A DNA stretch of 64,000 nt, from the IMG/VR virus record IMGVR_UViG_3300008450_005828; one strand, written 5' to 3'. Position 1 is the first letter of the stretch. Each line of letters starts with the position of its first letter. The DNA comes from an uncultured virus (IMG/VR IMGVR_UViG_3300008450_005828). Taxonomy: Duplodnaviria > Heunggongvirae > Uroviricota > Caudoviricetes. Shown here piece by piece: positions 28,360 through 40,200 of this stretch. Both the position numbers and the translations under genes were made by a program. A model generated the notes under the pieces. It was not told the origin of the DNA and did not search any database. It was given only the letters and a program-made list of their open reading frames with translations.

Positions 28360-29814
28360 TTATACTTTAAGAACACACTCGACTAACTTTTCGTCAGTTG
28401 AATCGTTGGTCTCTAATGCTACTCCAATTAATGCAGTTGTTGCCATTGTAGTGCAAACGCCTGCATCCCAAGCATAAACTGCTTGACCTTTTTTAACTGG
28501 GCCTACTATTCTTACCGGTACACGACCTTTAAGTGCAATTGCTTGGCCGTTCTCAAGTTCGCTATTCATCAAGTATGCAGGCTTTTCGGAAATTACACCG
28601 ATTGCTAAATCACTTGCTGTAGCCGGACAAGTTTCGTGTTCACTGTGTTTGCAAACTGCCATTGCTGTTCCAACTGGCCATTCTTGTTCTGTTGTATACT
28701 TTTCTGCAAGGTCAGCGTATCTGGCTTTAGTTGCAGTACCATTAAACACAACTGCTGTCAAGTTACCGCTGCTGTCTCTTGCTGCAACGGTGTTTGCAGT
28801 TGCAGAGGTTGATGCAGATCTTCCTGTGCCACCCACTGTTAACAATCCTGCTTCAGTTGCAGTACCTACAAGGTTAGTAGCATATACATTTGCCCATGCA
28901 TTACCCGAAGCACCTAAATTAAATGTATTATTTGCGCCCGGTGCTATTCCAGTGTTGGTAATTGTAGATACTAGCACATCAGTGCTAGATCTAAAACGTA
29001 ATGCATTTCTAACTAATTTTATTTGCGGAGTTGAAGTATCCGAGTCGATGTTAACAATTAAATCATCGTCGTTGCCTAATGTATATCCTACGTCGCCAAA
29101 CTTAACAATCCCAGTAAATATAACATTGTCGGTTGTTAAATAATCCGACGCAGGACGTCCTGCTAATCTCAACGCATTTGAAGCAGTGCCCCAATATCTA
29201 TGATCAGATGTTGTTACACCATTGGTTGATGCTTTTGTATTAATTAAGGTAAGACCTTTTTTAACCGAGTCAAATCCTTCGATTGTATCTGCTAGTGATA
29301 TAGTAAATTCGTCTTTGCTGATAATGTAAACAACCTCATCATCGACTGTTGCTAGGATAATTGCATGTTGCACCCCGAGTGTATCTGTAACTGTTAAACT
29401 TCTCATTTGAGTTACACCGGTACCTGCACTTTGCGGTCCTACTAACACCCACTCGTTTGATGAATTTCTAGCATAAAGTTGATTTGTAGAACTGTTCCAC
29501 CAAAGGTCGCCTTCGACTAATCCAGTTGGTGCAGTACTACTAACTTCTGAGCCGCCTGTGGTTTTCCACTTTGATCCGTCATATACTTTTATTTTACTTG
29601 TTGCACTATCATACCATAGCATACCGCTGATTGGCTTTGTTGGTGCTACAGAGTTAGCAAAGTTTTCTAATAAGAATAAAAAGTTTTCATTTTGTGATTC
29701 GCCATATCCGGCAAAATTCTTACCGACAAATTTCACTTCAGTAGTTTGATTAATTGTACCGTCTTCTACTGTAGTTAAAACTGTACCGTTGTATCTGTTA
29801 ATAATATATGCCAT
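28360..29814 (-). CDS. Tail fibre-like protein with C-terminal intramolecular-chaperone (peptidase G2-like) domain
   Basis: N-terminal NENF..LLENFA domain; C-terminal YADLAEKY...GVISEKPAYLMN...ALKGRVPV. Confidence 0.65.
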   Translation of the reverse strand: MAYIINRYNGTVLTTVEDGTINQTTEVKFVGKNFAGYGESQNENFLFLLENFANSVAPTKPISGMLWYDSATSKIKVYDGSKWKTTGGSEVSSTAPTGLVEGDLWWNSSTNQLYARNSSNEWVLVGPQSAGTGVTQMRSLTVTDTLGVQHAIILATVDDEVVYIISKDEFTISLADTIEGFDSVKKGLTLINTKASTNGVTTSDHRYWGTASNALRLAGRPASDYLTTDNVIFTGIVKFGDVGYTLGNDDDLIVNIDSDTSTPQIKLVRNALRFRSSTDVLVSTITNTGIAPGANNTFNLGASGNAWANVYATNLVGTATEAGLLTVGGTGRSASTSATANTVAARDSSGNLTAVVFNGTATKARYADLAEKYTTEQEWPVGTAMAVCKHSEHETCPATASDLAIGVISEKPAYLMNSELENGQAIALKGRVPVRIVGPVKKGQAVYAWDAGVCTTMATTALIGVALETNDSTDEKLVECVLKV

Positions 29815-29852
29815 TTATGGAACAACCCCTTTGCAACACTAATATTTACCTA

Positions 29853-31652
29853 TTAAACACTCGAAACAAGATCTGTGTCGTAGGCCCAGTTACCTGAACC
29901 ATTAACAACAAAACGCTTTAAACTTCTTGACACAGATAGTGATACTGTTTCCGTTACATTAGAAAAACTTACGTCAGCAAGTACTGACTGATTTTCTGTA
30001 CCATTTTTGTCTACTGCTATAAAAGACTTTGAAATTGCATCGCTTGCATTATATTCTATAGATCCGCTGTATTGAACACAATGTACATAAGCATACACAC
30101 CAATGTTTTTTGTAAGCGACGGTGCCAAATCATTTATAACCGATGCAATTTGACTGTTGCTTAAACCTGTAATGTCCAACGAAAGATAAACAGGTGCTTC
30201 TAAGGTTTTATCGTCAACATAGCCTTTTGTAGCAACATAATCAGGCGAATCAGAAATATCAGGAGAACCTACTCCGTATATTTTTCTGCTGCTAGTAATG
30301 CTTATATCGCCAGCACTTGCAATTACCAACGGATTTGTAGTAGTTGTAATAGTTGCGTTGTTTAAATTGATGTTGTCTACATTTAAACTGGTTAGTGTTC
30401 CTACACTTGTTAAACTACTGTTAACAACAGATGACCCTAATCCTGTTTCTGTTAAAACAGTATTATAGCCAACTTTGTATGCATATCCGGTTGGTACGTT
30501 CCAATGTGTAGAACTATCCCAAGTATCATAGGTTAAGTTCCAAGTTATAGACTTGTCATTTCCTGTTGCTTTTACAATTACACCTGCACCATCGAGTGAA
30601 CTTTCTGGTAACAATGTACTATCTGATGTAATTGCAAGTTCGATTGTTTTATCTTCTACTCGTAAATTTGTAACATCAAAATACGATGTTGTACCGTCAA
30701 CTTGTAGGTTTCCTGTAATTCTAACATTAGTATTGACATCAAATCCAAATTGAGGGTTAGATTGCCATACACCAATTCGAGAAGTACTGTTGTCAATTGT
30801 AAAATAATCAACAATTGTCGAAGATTGATTTATTTGAAACTTAACATCAGAGCCGTTTAGTTGTGCTCTGTTAACTGTGCTTATACCCTCAACTTTGATA
30901 ACATAGTCACTGTCGTCACCTATTATTATTCCATTATCATTTTTTACATGCAATGATCCTGTTGCAGTATTATTTGCAGCAATCTTTAAAAAATCGTCAG
31001 GTGTAAATTCATCGCCTAAACTATCAACCAGTGATGTTGCAAACTCTGCTGTTCCTATAAATCTAAAATCAGGATACACAGAACTTATGTTAACGCCGGC
31101 TTGTATATTTGTTCCAAAGTTTGCTATACTTTGTGCAGCAATAAAATCTATACTGCTGATTAGTGCAACCGGTGCACCGCCTATCATTAATCTTGCAACT
31201 GTTCTTGGATTTCCAAATCTATCTACAACTGTCTGAACGTCAAATCCAGTAACGCCTTGAGCAAATGTATAGATAGGTCCTGCTAAGATAACGTTATTGC
31301 CATCACTAAACTTGATTTGTTGAGTTGCAGAATCAATCCAGATGTCGCCTGCTAACAACTCAGGCTCGGTTGCAGAAACTACTGTAGTATCTGTTGATCT
31401 AAAAATAGTACCGTTGAATATTTTTAGTCTACCTTCGGATGTGTCGTACCAAAGTTGACCTTCTAGTGGATTTGCTGGTGCGGCAGTATTTGCAAAGTTT
31501 TCAAGTAGTTTTATAAAATTTTCATTAAATCTTTCACCATACCCTGTATAGTTACGTCCTACAAGAGTTAAGTCAGTTGTGTCAATGTCTATTCTTCCAT
31601 CAACCAGATCAACTAATAATGCGCCATCGGTTTTATTAATTTTATAACTCAT
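29853..31652 (-). CDS. Tail fibre / baseplate-attached structural protein
   Basis: N-terminal GRNYTGYG...NENFIKLLENFA...GQLWYD shared with both neighbours; beta-rich body. Confidence 0.6.
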   Translation of the reverse strand: MSYKINKTDGALLVDLVDGRIDIDTTDLTLVGRNYTGYGERFNENFIKLLENFANTAAPANPLEGQLWYDTSEGRLKIFNGTIFRSTDTTVVSATEPELLAGDIWIDSATQQIKFSDGNNVILAGPIYTFAQGVTGFDVQTVVDRFGNPRTVARLMIGGAPVALISSIDFIAAQSIANFGTNIQAGVNISSVYPDFRFIGTAEFATSLVDSLGDEFTPDDFLKIAANNTATGSLHVKNDNGIIIGDDSDYVIKVEGISTVNRAQLNGSDVKFQINQSSTIVDYFTIDNSTSRIGVWQSNPQFGFDVNTNVRITGNLQVDGTTSYFDVTNLRVEDKTIELAITSDSTLLPESSLDGAGVIVKATGNDKSITWNLTYDTWDSSTHWNVPTGYAYKVGYNTVLTETGLGSSVVNSSLTSVGTLTSLNVDNINLNNATITTTTNPLVIASAGDISITSSRKIYGVGSPDISDSPDYVATKGYVDDKTLEAPVYLSLDITGLSNSQIASVINDLAPSLTKNIGVYAYVHCVQYSGSIEYNASDAISKSFIAVDKNGTENQSVLADVSFSNVTETVSLSVSRSLKRFVVNGSGNWAYDTDLVSSV

Positions 31653-33652
31653 TAAAAGACTCCATGATAGATGATAAAGTTGACAGTTACATAAGGCGAC
31701 ACTGTTGAAAACTCATCTTGTGTTGTATAATCACTAATGCCAGCAGTTCTAGTAAATCCTGTACCAGCGTTGCCACCTACTATTGAAATCGATGCAGTAT
31801 TTGGTTCAGACACCGATGAATTAGTTGTTGCATAGAATTGTGTACCTGCGTCACTTTGTAAACTATGACTGTGGTTAGGCAGTTGTGAGTCTGTAATCAG
31901 TGCTGACTCAGATCCGCCTACTAAACCTACAGTATTTTCAGTTACATCAACAAATGCACCGGTTGGGTTAGGCAAAGTATTACCAGCATCATACAACCAA
32001 CCAAGCAATGTTCTTCCTCTAAAATCTGGCAATTTAAAAGTAATTGACGTACCTACTCCAAAGTTTGTACCAATTATTGCATGTAATGCCGAATAGGTTG
32101 ATATCGGTCTTTCTGTACCATCACATATAAAGAACCCTGGAGGTGCTACTGTTCCACCGTATGGTAAAATTGTACCAATTGGCATTATCGGACCTTGAGC
32201 AGTATTAGGAATTTTACTAACTAAATCTTCTTGTTCTATTTTTCGCAGACCTGTTCCTGGTCTGTTAATTAAAATTTCGTCAGTTGTTTCAACTGTAGTA
32301 ACTTGAGTTTTATCTGTTAAAAATGTTGAGTTCAGTGTTGTTGTGAATGTTTTTGTACTTCCGCCAACTTGCCCGTCAAAAGTAAACGATGATGCAATTA
32401 CGTCCCCAGACATTTGAAATGTAGTTGGGCTACTTAATTTGCCCGCAGTTGTAGCAGTTCCAGTTAGATTACCAGTAACGTTTCCTACAAACGAACCGTA
32501 AACGCTGTTAGCATAGATGTTGTTGTATTTTAATGCATTGGTACCTATGTTTTTTATTCCAGTTACCGAAGGCAAAATGTCATCTGTTGTTAAGTCGCCG
32601 CCTACAGTAATTGTTCCAGTAACAGACAAGTTTTCGCTTACTGTTGCACTGCCTGATACGGATAAGGCTGTTGCAATTGCATCTGAATTTAATATTGTTA
32701 CTGTTCCACTGGTTTTAATATTTCCAACTACATCTAATGCCTCAGTAGGTATTTTATTACTACCAATGGTAATTTTTGTATTGTTAAAAATTCTCATAGC
32801 AGTTAGAGATGTTCCGCTGCTGTTGACTTTAAAATCAATACTGCCGTCGTTTGCAATATTTCTAATTTCTGCTACACTTCCGGCAATTGATAATGCAAGT
32901 GTTTGGTTTTCGCCAATTATTAGTCCGCCATTGTTGTTGATACGTATAGATCTGTCAAACACGTTACTGGCATTTAATCTTGCAAACAGCGCACCTTCAG
33001 TTGGTGTTCCACTTACTAAAAGTGTTTCGGCTTTTTCGGCTGTACCATAATACTTTGCATTTGATCTTAAATTAACACCAATTCTTATTATGCCAAATCC
33101 GCTTATAGTTAATTTAGGTGTAAACTCAGTATTGCTAATAATAGAAACTGGAATATTGTTTACATAGTTAATAATCACTGGATTTTCAACATTAGTAGTT
33201 GAAACTACATTGACAAATTTTGCACCGGTTGATGCGCCTTCTGAATAATCCGGTCCAACTAATATCCACCCAGAGCCCGAGTAAATGTAAAGTTGTTTGT
33301 TAGCAGTATCAACCCAAAGATCGCCTAGAATACTACTAGATGCTTCGGGTTCGGAGTTTGCTTTTTTAAGGCCGCCGGCACTAACCCATTGAGTGCCATC
33401 GTAAATTTTTAACTGATCAATTCCATCGGTATTGTCGTACCAAAGTTGTCCTTCGATAGGATTTACAGGAGCAGTATTGTTAGCAAAATTTTCTAACAAA
33501 TGTAAAAAGTTTTCGTTAACTATTTTGCCATAGTTAGCAAAGTTTCTTCCAGGAAATACTAAACTAGTATCGGTTGAATTAGTAGTTCCGTCGTCTACTA
33601 TTATACTACCCTTGTTTACACTGTCAGTAAAATCTACTTGATATTCGGCCAT
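31652..33652 (-). CDS. Tail fibre protein with phage tail-collar domain
   Basis: MPIGTILPYGG...PPGFFICDG...FKLPDFRGR collar motif; C-terminal PYVTVNFII. Confidence 0.8.
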   Translation of the reverse strand: MAEYQVDFTDSVNKGSIIVDDGTTNSTDTSLVFPGRNFANYGKIVNENFLHLLENFANNTAPVNPIEGQLWYDNTDGIDQLKIYDGTQWVSAGGLKKANSEPEASSSILGDLWVDTANKQLYIYSGSGWILVGPDYSEGASTGAKFVNVVSTTNVENPVIINYVNNIPVSIISNTEFTPKLTISGFGIIRIGVNLRSNAKYYGTAEKAETLLVSGTPTEGALFARLNASNVFDRSIRINNNGGLIIGENQTLALSIAGSVAEIRNIANDGSIDFKVNSSGTSLTAMRIFNNTKITIGSNKIPTEALDVVGNIKTSGTVTILNSDAIATALSVSGSATVSENLSVTGTITVGGDLTTDDILPSVTGIKNIGTNALKYNNIYANSVYGSFVGNVTGNLTGTATTAGKLSSPTTFQMSGDVIASSFTFDGQVGGSTKTFTTTLNSTFLTDKTQVTTVETTDEILINRPGTGLRKIEQEDLVSKIPNTAQGPIMPIGTILPYGGTVAPPGFFICDGTERPISTYSALHAIIGTNFGVGTSITFKLPDFRGRTLLGWLYDAGNTLPNPTGAFVDVTENTVGLVGGSESALITDSQLPNHSHSLQSDAGTQFYATTNSSVSEPNTASISIVGGNAGTGFTRTAGISDYTTQDEFSTVSPYVTVNFIIYHGVF

Positions 33653-33654
33653 TA

Positions 33655-34266
33655 TTATACCTCGTTAAATCCGCTAAGGCTTTGTACTCTTACAGTGTAG
33701 TCAATCTGTATAAGTCTATTCAAACTTTTTTGTACAGGGTGGAAAATAACATGAGTTAGTAATCTTCCTGATCCCGAACTACTATAACTACGTAAACCTA
33801 ATTCGTCAAAAACATATAAACCATTGGTATCTGCCGCAGTATCAAACGCATCTTGGCCATCTGGTTCGCCATAATCTAGCAAACAACTAACAAGAATATC
33901 AGTATAGTTTGTACCAGATACGTGACGTATTTCTGTTTTGTTTCTAGACGGATCAATGTTGTTAACACTTCTATCATCAACTACTTTGTTATATGTTTGA
34001 TTATACAGACTTGCATTTGTGCCAGTTGTGTTAGGAGTTAGGTATGTAATAATACCAGTTGGATCGACGTTTGTTCCACCGTTTCCAAAACTCATTTCAT
34101 ATATAAATCCTTGCCCTGCATTTGATAAACTCTCTGCTAGAGCAATACTCATATTTTCGTAATGTATTGCATTTCTCTTATTAATGAAAGTTTCACCAGA
34201 TATTGGATCAAAAATCTTAATATGACCTTCAACATGTATTCCATTAAAATCTTTTAAATTTGTCAT
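33655..34266 (-). CDS. Putative virion/baseplate structural protein
   Basis: Lies inside the structural operon; ATAAATA upstream; ATG 34266 or GTG 34275. Confidence 0.55.
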   Translation of the reverse strand: MTNLKDFNGIHVEGHIKIFDPISGETFINKRNAIHYENMSIALAESLSNAGQGFIYEMSFGNGGTNVDPTGIITYLTPNTTGTNASLYNQTYNKVVDDRSVNNIDPSRNKTEIRHVSGTNYTDILVSCLLDYGEPDGQDAFDTAADTNGLYVFDELGLRSYSSSGSGRLLTHVIFHPVQKSLNRLIQIDYTVRVQSLSGFNEV

Positions 34267-34286
34267 TCTTACCACCTATACTGTAT

Positions 34287-37200
34287 TTATTTAGGTAACT
34301 GTATTGTTGCTTCACGCAAGAATCTTGCGATGCTGTTCTCAGACGTTGTCAAAGACTCCCCAGAATCAACCCAAGTTCTTCCTAGTTTTCTAACTATTCT
34401 AATATCAACATCATTAGGAGGAGCAATTGCAAGTATAAGATTACCGTTGTTAACAGTGTATTCTGCCGGCAATACTACATCTGCTTCGTTACTGTCTAAG
34501 TTTAATGCTGCATTATACACAGACAACGTTGTTTTTCTTAGTCTTCTACCAGCAACAAACACCTCAATTTCATTTACACTTTGTGGAACAAAGTTTAGAG
34601 AATATTCAGTTGTTGTTGTGCTGTCGTTGGTTCTGATAGTTTGAATCAAGAAGTTGTCATTATAGTTAACTGTCTCGTTGGGTCCTTGACCTTGTGCTAT
34701 TGTCCCTGTTGCATAAATGTCTTTTACACCAGTTCCTAGTGTACCTCTACGTAACTGTAGAAGAGCATTTCCGTTGATTTCAAAGTATTCAATTCTTTCG
34801 CCTTCAACAAAGACAACACCTGGAATATTTTGTGCTCTGTTTGGAACAAACATTCCTGTAACGTCATCTAGTAATATTCTAACATCATACCAATTTAACG
34901 GCGATGCAAGAACATAACTGTTTTTTTGATTAAGTCTCTTGTAGTGTGTTCTGTTTAGCATATCTTTGAAAATTCTATAACCAAATCTTTGTGTAATTGG
35001 TGTGTTACCAAATTGTATTACATCAACTACATCGTTTGCTGAAAGGCTATTAACCAGTTGTATTGCATTTTTAGATTCTACTAGAGCATAATCAACGTTA
35101 GGAGTTAACAATACTTCGTTTACTGCTACCCAAGCATAATTTGCACTAGAAATATTTCCTCTTAAAGGTATATAACCACTGCTTATCAAATTACGCTTTA
35201 TATAGTCAGGAGAGTCAATTGGTATAACTGCATCTGGCACAACGGTATATGTAATTCTTTCAAAATTGTTTATATCGTGATTGCTGAATTGATATATTTC
35301 AACTGTTTCTCCAGAACTAGGCGGAATTACAAATGTTAGATTTTTACTTAGTACATATTCAACTGTTTCAATTTGTGTTGTAATACTACTGCTTCCTACT
35401 GAAACTACAAACTCGTTATCTACTATATAAGCATCTTTGATTTCCGGCTGCTTTGATGCAAATGTAACTTCAGTTGCTTGAACAGCAATTGCTACTGCTG
35501 TATACGTATCTCCAGTAAACACCGATGTCAATTCAACTGTATCACCCACACTAATCAGCGTCGAAACGTTGCTTGAGAATACAATATTTGTATCCAAGAA
35601 ATAATAAGCAGCATTTTTAACAATGTAGATATCAAGTCTACTTCCTGCTGTTGCAATATCATTTCTTAGAAGGACAATTCTTCCGTTTACTGGATCGTAT
35701 GTGAATTGTTCTTCTGTTAGTTGAACACGATCCGCAAAGACCAATACATCTGCACTATCAATTGCAGTTGTGTCATCAAATTGCCATGCTTCTATATCAT
35801 ATACTCTATTGCTTGTAGTAGTATAGGAGATACTGTATCCGGGCTGTAAAATTCTATTGTTGATTTTTACAACAATATTATGAGATATCGGATCATAGTT
35901 AAATGGCTCAGATTCTAATACGTGATAATTTTCAACTCCGTCCGAAGCAAATGTTTTGTCTATAGAAACTTGACTGTAGGACTTTACTGTGCTATTATAT
36001 AAACTGTATTGTACAAATGCACCTTCGGTTAAAACTGATGAATCAAATACAATCTTTATTCTATTTGCAGCGCCATCAGCAGTGGTTGATTTTACTAAAC
36101 TATAATCAGAACCTAAAATCATGACTTTGCCATTAATGGTTACAAAGGACGATAGTTCATCAGTCCAAGTAATGCCGGTAAGCAACTGTGTGGTTGATCC
36201 ATCAGATACAAAATAATCAGTATCTAATAAGTTAGCACCATTTGTGCCGATGGTCATAATCGACAGTGCTGACCCTACTAACTGAGTACTGTCTTCAAAA
36301 GTTAAAGTATGATTTGCATAATCTATAACATACTGTGTTGGCATTAAGAATTGATTGTCTATCTTAACAATAACAGCATCCTCGGACTGCGGTATCGACG
36401 GCAAGTCAAATGTATATGTTGATCCATCAATATTATAACTTGCCACACCTATAATTCCAGTACCGTCAGAAGTTCTATGATAAACACGAATGTCTAGTGT
36501 GTCATACATTTGTCCAGGTACTAATTCTTCAGGACCTTTACTGGTTGTAGCAGTAACAAAGCCGTCACCGTCGATTACAATATCTTCTGCTGCAATACCA
36601 GTTGCTGTTGTTCCAGCAAAGTTACCGCCGATCAACGATGTGTCAAAACTATTGTCAGATGGTTGATAACTACCATCGCTGGTAACTTTTCTAATAATAA
36701 TCACATCATTGGCTATTGTAGTAATCGCTTCTTCGTTTATTATTACTGTGGTTGTAATACCATCGCCTACAATAGTTTGCATTACTGCATTGGGATTTGT
36801 AACAACACCGCTTGTTTCAAAGTTTGGATCGTCAAGTCTTACACCGTTTAGATATAGATTATACTCAACATCATTCTCAAGTGGTTGAGAAAGTTCAAAC
36901 GTATTTGTGCTTCCGTCTAATACAAAAATCTCGTCTTCGTATTGATTGTCAAATGTATCCCATGGCAAAGAAGCAAATCCTGCAGAATCAAAGCCCTGTT
37001 CAGTACCAAATCCGTAGGTGTCAATTTTAACACCACTGTATTCAATACCGTCCATCAACTGTGCTAGATCTTTACCTGCCATACCGGTTGTTGGGTTATA
37101 AAAGAAATTGATTCTGTCTGCGGCAGTTAACATTGCTACAGACTTTTCGTATCTAATTTCAACAGTTGCACCTATTGCAGGAGCATCAACAAATTCTACA

Positions 37201-40200
37201 TAACCTATTAATCTATTATAGGTCTTTGTAGTGTCTTTGTCATTGCCAACAGTATACTTACTGCTTAGTTGTAATATTCCGTTTACGTAAACTGAATACT
37301 TGTTGGTTCTTAGGTCCATCGGCCATTTTAGCACAAACTTTTCTTTTGCACCTGTTCCAGTAAATGTTTCAATTTCTGATAAATCGGTGTACAGATACGA
37401 GCCAGTAACTCTGTCAAACTTAATTACCATATGTGTAGAACGAACTTTGCTATTTCCTAAAATAGCAACTGCTTTAGCAGGTGTACCGTTTTCCTCAAGC
37501 GATCCATTGATTACAATTTCTGGAGATACGTAATACTTGTCTCCAGTATTTGTAATTTCAATTGTTGACACTGACCCTTTGCTTAGGTATGCTTTGGCTG
37601 TTGTACCGTTGCTGTTTATAATTTCAACCACAGGTGTTTCTTTGTAGCCACTGCCAGGTTCAGTTACTTCAATTCTTACAATATCGTAGCCATTGTTGTC
37701 TAACCAACTCTTAAATGGATAGTCGACATACTTTGGAAGTAAATCTACAACTTCGCCGTTGCGTAACTTAGCATAACTTGTTTCGATCTCTTTTGTTACA
37801 TCGTTATAACTAGGAGGCAAATCAAAGTCAGTGGTCAATGAACGTGTAGGTTCCATACGATCGTAAGAACTAATATACTCTCTTACTTTAGTATGATATG
37901 GTTTAACTTCGTTGACGTAATCTTCATAGTTTTCAAGATTGTCATTTTGGAATGTAACTTTTTGTGCTAGACTGCCGAGGTTATGCTTTGCTCTTACAAA
38001 ACTAGTTTTAAATGCCCAATCAATGTTTGGTTGTTCTGCAAATGCATAACGTAGTCCTGCAAAGAATAATCTATTGTATTCTGTTTCAAGTTCGCCTATA
38101 AAGATGTCATCACGTAGTGCTGTTAATATATTTCTTAACTCAAATACAGGTTCTCTGTCATAGAACGTAATGTCAAATACGTTAGCATCGTATCCACTTG
38201 TCTTTGTAGCATAATCATACAATCTTGTACTTAATTGTATTGTTCCGTTTTGTCTACCAATGGTTTTATAGTTAACAGTGTAGTCTTCAGTCGGAATATT
38301 ATCTATTTTTTCAAGTAGTAGCCAGCCGCCTGTTCCGATAGTGTTAATTTTTACAATTTCACCAATGTCTGCTTCTGTTCCAAACAGTTCATAACTTTGA
38401 TCAACAACGTGGTCAACTGCTGTTAAAGAATTATATCCATCTGCATACCAGTCAACATAATCCCAATATCTTGTGGTGTCAAATGCTTGGTTGTCAGATC
38501 TGCTCCAAGTCTTGGTTAACTTATCCCAAACATAAATTGCCCAACGTCCGCCAATTTCACTGTCTACGTTTACTAAAGCACTGAATTTACGAACTGTAAG
38601 TCTAGTACTACCGGTGTAGTTATTGCCACTTGATCTTACAAATACACTGGTAATTTGACCTAGATTGTTGATTGTTGCTTTGAGAATTGCTCCTGTACCG
38701 CTGTTATCATCAATCTCAATGTTAGGTGCTACACGATAGCCTCGGCCTGGATCAACGATAGTAGCGCCTGTGATTTTTCCATTTACTATAATCGGTGTTA
38801 AAACTGCTTGTTGAACTTTGGCCACGCCAACAGAATCAAGTTCCAATACTGTGTCTACAACAATGTCGTACTTTCCAGTATTGATACTTGGCTTTTCGTC
38901 AACTGCTAACAAGTTTGATATATCAAAGTTATCAACAATTTGATACTGAATTAATACACTGTTGACTCTTTCAACAAACTGCTTGACTGCTTCAAGTCTG
39001 TTTATAAACATGCTCTGTCTTGGTCTATTAAAAATGCCATACTTTTGTTTTGCTGAAAGCAATGGATCCGGTACTGTTTTATTGTTTATATCGTAACCAA
39101 TTAAACTGTCGAACCACTTTTGTTCAATTTCTGAATTAATCTTACTTGTACCAAGACCTTCGGTGAGAAGTTGGTATTCGCTGTGAATGTTGGTTTGTAA
39201 TTCTGCATCTTTTAAGAATGTAAAGTGAAGTACAGTATTTGTACCTTCAACAAAGTTCTTTAGATTATAAAGTGCAAAACTGTCCTCGCCGATGATTGCG
39301 GCAAATCTATAACCCTGCCCTGCTGGGTCTGCAATCAACTGTTCAACATCAAATGCAGAAATGCTTCTTAGGATATTTGTCGGAACAATACGCTTGCTCT
39401 TAACCCAATAGTAATACTTTGTTCTAAAACTGCCAGCAACTGGATCGTATATTTTTTTAGTACTATAAACTGTGTTGTCGTACTTGGTGGTTCCACTGAT
39501 GCCTTCGGCAAATCCTCGATTGGAATCTGCTCTGCTGTTCCATTCGCTAGGTGTATATTTTGTACCTACCCATTCGTAAACATCGATACTTGCACCAGGA
39601 ATTAATTTGTTCCAAGTGCTAATTCTATATTGACTATCACCTTGATAAGAATTGTACCAACTTGCGGTACTTAGATCCCACCATAATTTTCCTACATTTT
39701 CTTCAGCCCAGTTACTCGAACTGTCAACTACAACCGACGGATTGTTTTCTTCGTTGTTCGAATAGATTGCTGGATCGTAAAATGTTTTCCATGTAATTTC
39801 TTGTTCTGCTGGGCCAGCAATTTTACCCTGACGTGGATCAATTAGATCAACGCTGGTTAGTATATCATTTAAGTCTGCTGAGTACAAGAATACACGTTGT
39901 ATTTTTGATAGATCAGTTTTTTCAGACTGTGCTGTTAGTAGTTCCCAACTGTTTGTATTTTTAGGCGCTCTTAGATCTGCAAATACACCCAATGACGAAT
40001 CTTCTGTTAGATTATAATTTCCTACCAAGTCATTGTCAAGTGTAGTAGACGGATTTAATTTTGGTAAACCAATATAAATGTGATTGTCATTTAACTTAAA
40101 GTTACTGATGTTATTATATTTTGTATTTCTGTTATACTGTAGATCTTCGCCGTAGATATAGTAGTCGCCAATTTCTTGGAATACGCCTATTCTTCCTACG

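Noticed and set aside
26335..33652. Diversity-generating retroelement or invertible fibre cassette
   Set aside because: No reverse transcriptase, invertase or near-identical nucleotide repeat was noticed; the similarity is only at the diverged protein level.
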